Part shown: in pieces, positions 54,588 to 64,000 of the stretch
Numbering within the stretch: the first letter of the stretch is position 1
Layout: each line of letters starts with the position of its first letter
Assembly: GCA_964016885.1 (NCBI GenBank)
Contig: OZ024742.1
Coordinates: forward strand, 100,192,001-100,256,000
Length of the DNA: 64,000 bases
Origin: Eledone cirrhosa
Taxonomy: Eukaryota
Direction of reading: 5' to 3'
Notes under the pieces: model-generated
Told to the model about the DNA's origin: nothing
Databases searched by the model: none
Seen by the model: only the letters and a program-made list of their open reading frames with translations
Program-made: the position numbers and the translations under genes

Positions 54588-54590
<3 letters not shown>
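54387..54590 (+). mobile_element. Penelope-like family P1, copy 4
   Basis: 62-bp arms around 54449, 79-bp tail; lies in (TA)n. Confidence 0.7.
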
Positions 54591-54679
<89 letters not shown>

Positions 54680-54682
54680 AAT

Positions 54683-54735
54683 GGCTTCTACAGGTCTAGA
54701 ACTGTTTCATTCGGAAAAAAATCATCAGGAAAGCC
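54683..54735 (-). ncRNA. Type I hammerhead ribozyme motif
   Basis: Minus strand: GGCTTTC-CTGATGA-TTTTTTTCCGAAT-GAAAC-AG-TTCTAGAC-CT-GTA-GAAGCC. Canonical core, weak stem II. Confidence 0.65.
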
Positions 54736-54924
54736 GACTGACAATGTAATATGGTTTTATTAATACATTTTCTGGTGGTAGGGGAGGGTGGTGATTGGGA
54801 TGGATGGAGGTCATTGGTTAATGGATTTAAAGAAAGGGGATTCTTTAGAAAAAAGTATATTTACAGAAAATACATAGTGATACAAAGGCAGAAGTAAATT
54901 CACGATAAGTACCTATAGACAAAC

Positions 54925-54957
<33 letters not shown>

Positions 54958-54960
<3 letters not shown>

Positions 54961-55319
54961 GTGAAAGAGTGAAGAGTGGTCGGCTGTACAAAAAGGGTTT
55001 TATTTACAGTATTAACAATTGTTTCATTGATCAGGTGAGTCTAAACTCAAAGAGTTGTATCACTCGACCTTAAATACAGTGTGCGTCTCTGATCAAATCA
55101 TCGGAATATTCCGATGATTTGATCAGCCGACTATGTTATTCTTCACTCTTTCACTACTATTACTCCAAGAATAACCTGCAGGGGAATTCTCGCAAACTTG
55201 CTACCTAACTAAGGAAACCTCTTGTTGAGCCAAACAACGCCGTACGTTAAAACTAACCATAGTACAGTGCACTCACAACCTCTAACTAGATTATCTAAAA
55301 CGATAACTTGTTTTCCCAT
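54958..55319 (+). mobile_element. Short Naiad-like Penelope copy: inverted pseudo-LTR piece plus 3' end
   Basis: 55123-55319 is homologous to 56389-56582; 54958-55108 is an inverted homolog of 56255-56420; perfect 38-bp palindrome at 55089-55126. Confidence 0.72.
55010..55108 (-). ncRNA. Hammerhead motif (C4 variant, long stem II)
   Basis: Minus strand: TATT-CCGATGA-T-TTGATCAG[insert]CTGATCAA-T-GAAAC-AATT-GTT-AATA, then AATAAA. Confidence 0.65.
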
Positions 55320-55330
55320 ATATATATATA

Positions 55331-56580
55331 TGGAGAACCGTAGACTGGAGAATTCTACGACGCTCGCCAATAAAATCTGGCAGCTTAAAAACAAAAACCT
55401 AGAATATAAGATTAACTGGTCAAAATTATCGGTAGAAAGAGCCTACAGCAACGGAATGTCCCACTGCGGACTTTGTAATTTAGAGTTACTCCATATTTTA
55501 AGGTACGATGGGATGCTGCTTAACAGCAAAATAGAAAGATCAATTTTCTGTAGGCATAAAATAGCTACCAGATTCACAAACTTCAAACCACCATGATTTG
55601 AACCAGCAATCCCAAAATTAGAACTGAACTACCTAGATTTTAGCATATAGAATACACACCATCGCACTGCTATTAGCTGTCAAACGGCCAACTGGTCACT
55701 GCATCATAAATCTCTGAACATCTCTTTCACCCTCTTTCCCTGAAACAGCATCAACCCCATTAAGATAGAACAATCAGCAAAATATTTACAACATACGTTT
55801 GTCAAACGTCCCTTCACAATCCACCCCTAGCCCGTAAATCTCATACATGTATCCCCCAATTAATCTTTAATTTATTGATTTTTCTTTTTTCTTTTATCTG
55901 TCACTACATCAGACCCTCTACACGTATCTATGTATATTTCGAATCTGACTTTTCATGTTAGCACTAAACCCACCAAGGAATCCTTATAAGAACACTTACT
56001 CACCACCACCACAAACATACTATGTACTTACATGCGCTCACTTATCCTTATTTATTTCTTTATATTTACCATTTTCTTATTTTCTTACTTTTTTAATGTA
56101 TCCTATCTTATCTTTTACTTTTTACTTTTTACTTTTTACATCTGTAACTTCTCTACCTATTTACCATACATGTTTTATTATTGATGTTATTGTTTTGATT
56201 ATACGCTTTTCTTCTATATATGTCTTGCCTCGAGTGAATTATTTTTATATCTACGTACTCTGATGTGTTGACCAGAGGTAAATAATGTATTGGAAATCGA
56301 GTGACGCAACTTCAAGCGATTAGCGACCTCTAGACTCACCTGATCAATGAAACAATTGTCAGTACTTGAAATAAAGCCCCTTATTGTACAGCCAACCATG
56401 TTACTCTTCATTCTTTCACTATTATTACTCCAAGTATAACCTGCATAGGAATTACCGCGAACTCGCTGCATAACTATGGAAGCATCTTGTTTAGTCAAAC
56501 AAAGCCGTACGTTAAAACTATCCACGACGCAGAGTACTCACAACCTCTAACTGGATTACCTATAACGATAACTTGTTATC

Positions 56581-56582
<2 letters not shown>
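55331..56582 (+). mobile_element. 5'-truncated Penelope-like element (Naiad-like): GIY-YIG C-terminus, 3' UTR, hammerhead-bearing terminal repeat
   Basis: ORF to 55596: STTLANKIWQLKNKNLEYKINW...AY....HCGLCNLELLHI....LLNSKIERSIFCRH. This matches my recollection of the T.L...W.LK...W / CxxC / LN...E....CRH pattern of Naiad endonucleases. (TA)n on both sides. Confidence 0.78.
56255..56365 (+). ncRNA. Hammerhead motif (U9 variant) with 82-nt structured stem II domain
   Basis: GTACT-CTGATGT-G-TTGACCAG...CTGATCAA-T-GAAAC-AATT-GTC-AGTAC, then AATAAA. Confidence 0.65.
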
Positions 56583-56655
<73 letters not shown>

Positions 56656-56715
56656 GCCAGAGAGAGAGAAGAGTCTTCGCTGCTGAGAGCGGGTAGACTA
56701 TTATTCATGGGGGTA

Positions 56716-56805
<90 letters not shown>

Positions 56806-57250
56806 GACGTCAAAATAAGTAAATTTAAACTAAAATATCTAACATCACTCCACTACTGATTTTCACTCAAATAATAGTAAGAATAAATATAGTTACGCAA
56901 CGTAAAATTAAGAGAAATTCCACTTACATAGATCCATCAGGGAGTCTATTCTCAGCTAAGTTCCCAGGCAATGCGCGGACACTAGGAACCCATATAAAAA
57001 TAATAATTCAGTGGATGGAAAAAAGCTAGCGGGGACTAGATTCCAGGGCACTGAAAAAAATTCACTGCCTACTTGGTCAGTGGCAAATTCTAAAGAATCA
57101 ATCAGGTGACACTGAGGTTAATCAGTGAGGAGTGGAGTGGTATTAAGACAAGAGCCTAACTACTACCATGAACCATAGTAGTAATTTCGGCAAGTTTTGC
57201 TCAACAAATAATTTGGAGATAAATATAGAGAATTAGTATATCTACCAACA

Positions 57251-57303
<53 letters not shown>

Positions 57304-57306
<3 letters not shown>

Positions 57307-57567
57307 CGTTTCTGAATTTGTTTAGCAAGATTCTTTATCTGAAAACGTGTGTTGAAACAGATATTGTTATACTTTGGGAGGGTCATGTTGCCAATAATAA
57401 ACACACGCACCAGTTGCTTTCACTTCAATTTATTATAAATTAAATTTATGAATTAACCAACCGGAAATTTATAAATTCCTAAATTTATGAATTTAATTTA
57501 TAATAAATTGAAGTGAAAGCAACAGGTGCGTGTGTTTCTTATTGGCAACATGACCCTCCCAAAGTAT

Positions 57568-57575
<8 letters not shown>
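57304..57575 (-). mobile_element. Fold-back element with unpaired tail in (TA)n (probable Penelope-like 3' end)
   Basis: Arms ~57361-57447/57490-57575 plus a ~57-bp tail; same geometry as P1 and P2. Confidence 0.6.
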
Positions 57576-57615
<40 letters not shown>

Positions 57616-57620
<5 letters not shown>

Positions 57621-59240
57621 TGCTCACCGGCATACCGTCTATGGAAGCATATTAGCTACCATTAGACATATATATCGGAGATAGGGGTATTCGGCAACCT
57701 ATTACAGAATTCGAAACGTTGACAGGAGCAATACTAAACCCAAACTAGTCTGTCGGTTTGCAACTCGGCACATGGAGAGGAAATCCCATGCCTTCTGACA
57801 GTGTCGTTGGACGCTGGACGGAAGGACCGGTGAAATTGCTCGGGGTCGTGTTTGGTCCAGACCTCCAGGTGGACAAGAACTGGAACGAGGTCACGGCGAA
57901 GGTGTTTGTGCTCACCCAGAAGTGGGCTAAGTGCAAACTCTCCTTGAAAGCTCATCTACTACCGCTTGACAGTCGTGCCTTGCCCCTGCGAATACCTTAC
58001 CAAAATGGAACGCCAACTCTTCAAGTTCCTCTGGAAGAAACAGGCTCCATTGGTGAGGAGATCCATCTGCTGTCAACACCCTTCTAACGGAGGGCTGGGC
58101 CTGCCATGGCTGATGATGCGCAAACACGCGCTGAGGCTACGCCATCTCTAGGTATTCCTGACCGGTGAACCGGTGTGGCTGTCGTTTGTGGTGACAAGCT
58201 CTTCCACAACTCGTCTCACTAACAGAGCTGCAGTCCTGGGTCAAGCGAAGACCAAAAGTGGGTGCCTGGCACCTCGAGTGCCTACAGGCGCTCACAGCCC
58301 TCTACCACGCGGAAACGGGAATCATCGGAGACTCCACTTCGACATTTTATAGGGGATTATGGCGGATAAGTGCGACGACGTTCTCGGGGAAACTCTAGGC
58401 ATCGAGGAGGACGAACTGACCATTCTGTTCAGGAGGACTTTCTGTCCAGGGCCTATGGATAACTTCCAGAGGTCTCTGGCCTGGCAGTGCTACCGAGGAG
58501 CTCTACCAGTTCGAGACAAAATCTACAGGCACGGATGCCCTGACAGAGATCCTGCTAAAAGGACCTGTCCAAGATGCGAGCAGGACATCGAAACCGTTCT
58601 GCACGCAATTGTTCAGTGCCCATGGGGTAACCGACTTGTGGAAGAATTATGTCGAACAGCTGCTGTTACGTGTGGGACGCATCCAGTTGTCAGCCGATTC
58701 CATCGTGAGGATCACCCCGCCGCCTTCATTTAAGAACAAAGGAGAGGCGGTTTTCCTCTGTCTGGTGGCTATGGCGAAAGAGGTAATATGGTGTACGAGG
58801 TTTAAAGGACTGAGGGCAAACACCTTTCTCTCAAGACAACAACTTATCCCCTTCTTTAAGTACCACTTCAGAAGGAAGGTGAGAGTGGAAAGAAAGGTGA
58901 TACACCCCAGTAAATTCGCTGAAAGGTGGGTGAATGTGGCGAAAATGGCCCGAGTGAATGGGCCTTCTCTGTAGATAAACCTGTAGGTTGAGGAAGATAA
59001 ACAGAGGGAAGACAGGAACACATACAAAACGTGTTCCTGGTGTTGAGGGTTGTTCTATCCATGGTGTGTAAAACAACCCTGCAGTAACGTTCCTCCCTGT
59101 TTGGGATTTCAATTGTTATGTTATTATATATAGTTTATTGTTATTTATTAATGTTAAAGTTATTTTTATGTAAAACCCCCGCCGTCACGTTTTCTAATGT
59201 ACCATTTTTGTACGCCCCTGTATCAAATAAAGAATGATAT
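57616..59240 (+). mobile_element. 5'-truncated, disrupted Tx1/L1-type LINE ending in (TCTA)n
   Basis: ORF pieces 57758-58974 are homologous to 61341-63191 (KLLGVVFGPDLQ, CPRCEQDIETVLHAIVQC); aataaa then atctatctatct at 59241-59262. Confidence 0.88.
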
Positions 59241-59267
59241 TTATCTATCTATCTATCTATCTCTCCC

Positions 59268-59339
<72 letters not shown>

Positions 59340-59387
59340 AACACAGACACACTCATATATATATATATATACATACTGTATATATAC

Positions 59388-59460
<73 letters not shown>

Positions 59461-59847
59461 CCATTATTGGACTTTTAAAAACATTAACAACAGACATGAC
59501 GAAATAAATGATTGGGTCGGTTTGATTGACTAAATCTTTTTATGGCGGTTCCGAAGTATGGTTGCAGTCAATGATTGAGACCCAAAAAGCATAAAGGATG
59601 ATATTTGCCTGCATTGGCAGAAATAGCAGCCAAACCTCCTTGGAACCATATTCTATTATCTTGACAAAAGAAGGACATAGTGATTAATATAACCTTGGGT
59701 ACACCTCCAAACACAGCATGATCCCTACAGGAATAGCTTAGATCATAGATCCAGTGTAAACTGTGGCTAAAGAATAACAACAAAATAAGGAGTCGGGTAT
59801 CAGATCGGATCAGTGAAGCTGTTTGCATTATTCCTCTCAGTTCCATT

Positions 59848-60060
59848 GCGGTGGATTGGCAGTATCGGTAAAGGGTCGGACGCCATGCTTTGCAGCATAG
59901 AGTTACGGCCCTTTCTGATCTGAGTTTAAAACCCGCCAAGGTTAACTTTGCATCCTTACGAGGTCGATAAAATAAAGTATCAGTCATTCACTGTGGTCGA
60001 TTTAATCGACTTTCCCCTCCCCAGGAATTGCTGGCTTTGTGCCTATATAAGAAACCATTA
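59848..60060 (+). mobile_element. SINE family 1 copy
   Basis: gcggtggattggcagtatcggt...ctgagtttaaaacccgcc...gctggctttgtgccta. Confidence 0.85.
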
Positions 60061-60911
60061 TTCTTCTCAGTTGTGATACTATCTGCTGGTCACAACACTT
60101 CGTTGAAAGAGTCGTAATTTGAACTAAGAATGAACAGATCCGGAACAGATACTGCAAATCATCCTGCCCAACACTTTAGCAATCTCGCTAATTCACTGCC
60201 TCTTGGTCTGTTTATTTATGATAGACATAGTTGAATATACTGCGAAGAGAAGCAAATAGCGAGGCATTTAATCTGATGCGCCATAACGACTTAATGAATT
60301 CACTGTCTATACAATAAATAAAACAAAGAAATACCAGTCTGGAATAAGTTTGTGAGCCATGGGAAGAGGATAAATCTTTTGTGAATTTCATTTAATTTAA
60401 AGTACATTTCATAGAGAGTTCAATATCCTTTCAAACTGTTGTTATTATTCAAAATTAATAGGCAATGTCTTCATAACATATATGTTAACGAAAGGGCTAT
60501 GGTGTTTATATTTATCTAGAAACTGTCCGTCATGAATTTATAAAAGAAACTCTGGTAAATTGAATTCAAAACACCAAATGAATAATCCCTCTAAAATCTT
60601 GATTATTTTCAAAATTATTTGAGAATCATAGGCAGTTGTTTTCATTAGAAATATAGTAATATAATTCCCTTCTTTCCTTTACCTCCATTTAGGTTTGCTG
60701 GAATTGAAAATGAAGTTGTTGCTTTGTTATGCTACCATATTAAACATGGCAGTTGAATGGTGTCACGTATTGCAAGATATCCCATGATCATACGATGAAT
60801 AGGGCACGACTAACGTGAAATAATTGGAATTATATATCCCCATATATGTGTGTGTCATATTTCTATTTATGTCTGTGTGCATCTACCTTATCTGATTACA
60901 CACACACACAA

Positions 60912-60952
<41 letters not shown>

Positions 60953-61092
60953 ACCTATTTCGTTCATACACACATACACGCACGCATATATATATGCGTG
61001 TGTGTATTTGTGTATGAACGAAATCGGTCTTCCATCAGGTTCTTATGTGTGAAGGTTTAACTAATCCAAAGATCTAAAGAACGATAGATAGC

Positions 61093-61135
<43 letters not shown>

Positions 61136-64000
61136 GGGACAAATACAAAGGCGGAAATTTACATACAATAAAAACGTGTAAAATGTTATCACAAATGCAA
61201 TTTAAAAAATTAGTCGATTTTCCCCAATAGGGGGAGACAGTTCATATGGGTAACACATACCCCCGAAAAAATGTGCAACCCTCATCTCCAGGAGTACGAA
61301 GAGTTTGTACTCCTTTCCTCTCCTCCTCCTTTTCCTCAACCTACAGGCTGATATAGAGAGAAGGCCCATTCACTCGGGCCATTCTCGCCACTTTCACCCA
61401 CCTTTCATAAAACTTGTTGGGGTACAGCACCTCTCTCTCCATCCTGATTCTTCTTCCAAAGTGGTATTTGAAAAAAAGAATCAGTTGTTGGCCGGAGAGA
61501 AAGGTGTCTGACCTCAGCCCTTTCAACCTTGTCCACCATACCACCTCTTTCGCCATAGTTATCACACAAAGGAAAACCGCATCTCCTTCGTTTTTGAAGG
61601 AGGGTAGCGGTTTGATCATGACAAAGGACTCGGTGGTCAACCGGATTGGTCCCACCCGCGACAATAGTCGTTCTACATAGCCCCACAGGTCAGTGACGCC
61701 CGGGCAGTGTATGAATGCGTGCGTGGCGGTTTCTTCGTCTCGCACGCACCTCGGACAGATCTGTTTTGCAGGGTCCCTTCCCGGGCGCCCATGTCTGTAG
61801 AGCTTGTCTCGAACTGGTAGAGCTCCTCGGTAGCACTGCCAGACCAGGGACTTTTGGAAGTTGTCCATCGGTCCCGGGCGGAAAGTCCTACCGAACAGAC
61901 TGACCAGTTCATCTTCCTCTACGCCTAGAGTTTCACCGAGCGCGTCGTCACACTTGCTGCGGATCAACCCTCTATAGAATGACGAAGTGGAGTCTCCACT
62001 GATCGCCGGGTCCGCCTGCCAGAGGGCTGTGAGCGCCTGAGCACATTCGATGTTCCAGTCGCCCATTTTCCACGGTCTTTGCTTGACCCAGGACTGCAGC
62101 TCGGTCAGCGAAACGAGTCGTGGGAAGGCTCGCCTCACGAACGGGGCCCACACCGGTTCTCCGGTGAGGAATACGTAGAAATGCCGCAGCCTGAGCGCGT
62201 GTTTGCGCATCGTCAACCACGGCATCCCCAGCCCTCCGTTAGAAGGGTGTTGGCAGCAGATGGATCTTCTCACCAAAGGAGCCCGGCTTTTCCAAAGGAA
62301 TTGGAAGAACGCGCGCTCCATTTTGACGAGCGTTTTGGCTGGACAAGGCACGACGGTCAAGCGGTAGTAGATGGCGGACGCTATAAAAGTGTTCGCCACC
62401 TCCGCTCGACCTTTCAAGGATAGTTTGCACTCGGCCCACTTCTGGGTGAGTGCAAACACCTTGGCTGTCACTTCGTTCCAGTTCTTCTCCACCTGGAGGT
62501 CCGGACCAAACCAGACCCCGAGCAGCTTTACCGGTCCTTCCGTCCAGCGTCCGACGACGCCATCGGAAGGCATCGGTTTGCCTCTCCACAATCCGAGTTG
62601 CAAACCGATGGACTTGTCCCGGTTCAGCTTCGCTCCTCTGAAACTTTCGTATTCCTTCAGTAAGATGCCGACTTCCTCGATTTGCGAGGCGCTCGACACC
62701 ATTACTGTACCGTCGTCGGCGTAGGCCGACGCCGCTTTCCGCAGTCCCGGTTCCAGAGGGATGCCCTGCAATAGCTCCAACTTCCGCAGTAGTAGCTCGA
62801 GAATCAGTACGAACAGAAGGGAGGAGAGAGGGCATCCCTGTCGAATGGATCGCGTAATATGGAACGGCTCCGAGAGGTAGCCGTTCACCTTGACCCTTGA
62901 GCAGATGCTGCTGTTGTGCATTGCAGCAATCCAGCCCCTGAACACGGGTCCGAAGCCTGCCGCCTCGAGCACCGCATCCAGGTAACGATGGTCAACCCTA
63001 TCGAAAGCCTTAGACTGATCCAAGTTAATCAGGGCCCCACCGAAGCCGGGTTTACACCCTACCGTCTCTATGATGTATCGCATGAGGTGTAGGTTGTCGT
63101 GTAAGGACCTGGTCGGGATTGCGCATGTCTGCGCTTCTCCCACCAGGTTCTTGACGACAAGCGCCAGCCTCTTTGCCAACACCTTGGCCAAAATCTATAA
63201 CTCTGTGTTTAGCAGAGTTATGGGCCGGAAGTTCCCTATGTCATCCCCCTTATTCTCGTCCTTCCTAACTAGTGTGACCACGCCTCCGGTTACAGAACTG
63301 GGAATTCTCCCGTTCTGTTGCCAGTTGGAGTAGACCGCTTCCAGGAGACCGGAGAATAAGACCGGAATTGCTACGTAAAATTCGTAGGGTAGACCATCCA
63401 GACCTGGAGATTTGCGTTCGCCGCATTGGCTCAGCGCGTCCCCTATCTCAGCGGCTGAAATCGGCTTTTCGCAGAACTTTGCCTAGCTGTCCGAGAGTCG
63501 TGGTAGGCCATCGAGGTATGGACTGAAATCCATAGCCCCTCCCGGCGCGCCGCCCCGCCCGAACAGTTGAGCAAAGTGCCGCTGAAAGGCCGCACACATC
63601 TGCTTCGGCTCACGTATCATGCGTCCGTTTTGGTCCTTCAAAGACCGAATCGTGGATTTGTTGCCAGTTTTTGCCTCCGTCACTCGGGCCCAGCTAACAG
63701 CTTTGGCTCCCTCGTTTCCCAGAGCACGTATTTTGCTTCTGACAACGCAGCTACGTTGCCACTTCTAATTGCCTCTTCTACTTTATCTACCAGTTCCTTC
63801 TCGGTTCTATTTCTATCTAACTCTAATTCTTTACTAAAAGCTAACGAGTCTAATCTAACTGCCCTCTTGAGAGTGTACCACCATCTGTTGTTGACAATGG
63901 CCCTGTCAAGTGCTGTTTAACTAAAGTGCTAATCCGTCTACTGTAGGCTTTGCTTGTCGGTAACGACAAGTTCAGCTTCCAGTAGCCGGGTCCTTGTCTA
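61136..64000 (-). mobile_element. Tx1/L1-clade LINE ORF2 region (continues beyond the window), 3' end on (GATA)n
   Basis: Upstream broken pieces GPGYWKLN and SPGLDGLPYEFY; 616-aa ORF; (GATA)n at 61083-61135. Confidence 0.92.
61341..63191 (-). CDS. Reverse transcriptase plus C-terminal CCHC portion of Tx1/L1 ORF2 (uninterrupted part of a pseudogenised ORF)
   Basis: LDQSKAFDRVDH, IRQGCPLS, AYADD, KLLGVWF, CPRCVRDEETATHAFIHC. Upstream stop at 63483-63485, so not a complete gene. Confidence 0.85.
   Translation of the reverse strand: MAKVLAKRLALVVKNLVGEAQTCAIPTRSLHDNLHLMRYIIETVGCKPGFGGALINLDQSKAFDRVDHRYLDAVLEAAGFGPVFRGWIAAMHNSSICSRVKVNGYLSEPFHITRSIRQGCPLSSLLFVLILELLLRKLELLQGIPLEPGLRKAASAYADDGTVMVSSASQIEEVGILLKEYESFRGAKLNRDKSIGLQLGLWRGKPMPSDGVVGRWTEGPVKLLGVWFGPDLQVEKNWNEVTAKVFALTQKWAECKLSLKGRAEVANTFIASAIYYRLTVVPCPAKTLVKMERAFFQFLWKSRAPLVRRSICCQHPSNGGLGMPWLTMRKHALRLRHFYVFLTGEPVWAPFVRRAFPRLVSLTELQSWVKQRPWKMGDWNIECAQALTALWQADPAISGDSTSSFYRGLIRSKCDDALGETLGVEEDELVSLFGRTFRPGPMDNFQKSLVWQCYRGALPVRDKLYRHGRPGRDPAKQICPRCVRDEETATHAFIHCPGVTDLWGYVERLLSRVGPIRLTTESFVMIKPLPSFKNEGDAVFLCVITMAKEVVWWTRLKGLRSDTFLSGQQLILFFKYHFGRRIRMEREVLYPNKFYERWVKVARMARVNGPSLYISL

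Noticed and set aside
55331-55700. Selenocysteine recoding/SECIS as reported for some Naiad elements
   Set aside because: The conserved cysteines here use TGC/TGT, and no convincing SECIS was seen.

Overview
Eukaryotic, AT-rich, repeat-saturated, apparently intergenic/intronic DNA with no recognisable host-gene exon. The SINE families and extreme microsatellite load resemble an octopus-type (coleoid cephalopod) genome, which is an inference. Almost all real coding sequence comes from non-LTR retrotransposons: R4/Dong-type RLE LINEs, Tx1/L1-type LINEs, RTE LINEs with C-terminal C2H2 fingers, and a Naiad-like Penelope GIY-YIG fragment. There are also two tRNA-derived SINE families, a non-autonomous RTE-derived element and a mariner-type MITE. 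Two patterns stand out. (1) The retroelements partition by microsatellite: two R4-type families plus antisense RTE-derived elements build a 13.4-kb nested array in (CATA)n, Dong-type copies sit in (TAA)n, three Tx1-type copies end in (TCTA)n, and Penelope-like elements sit in (TA)n. (2) Several Penelope-like fold-back elements carry hammerhead-ribozyme motifs with non-canonical cores (U3-A8 compensatory pair, C4, U9, U10.1-U11.1), very long stem II inserts and covarying palindromic stem III loops. All calls were made by eye; no database search or RNA folding was run.
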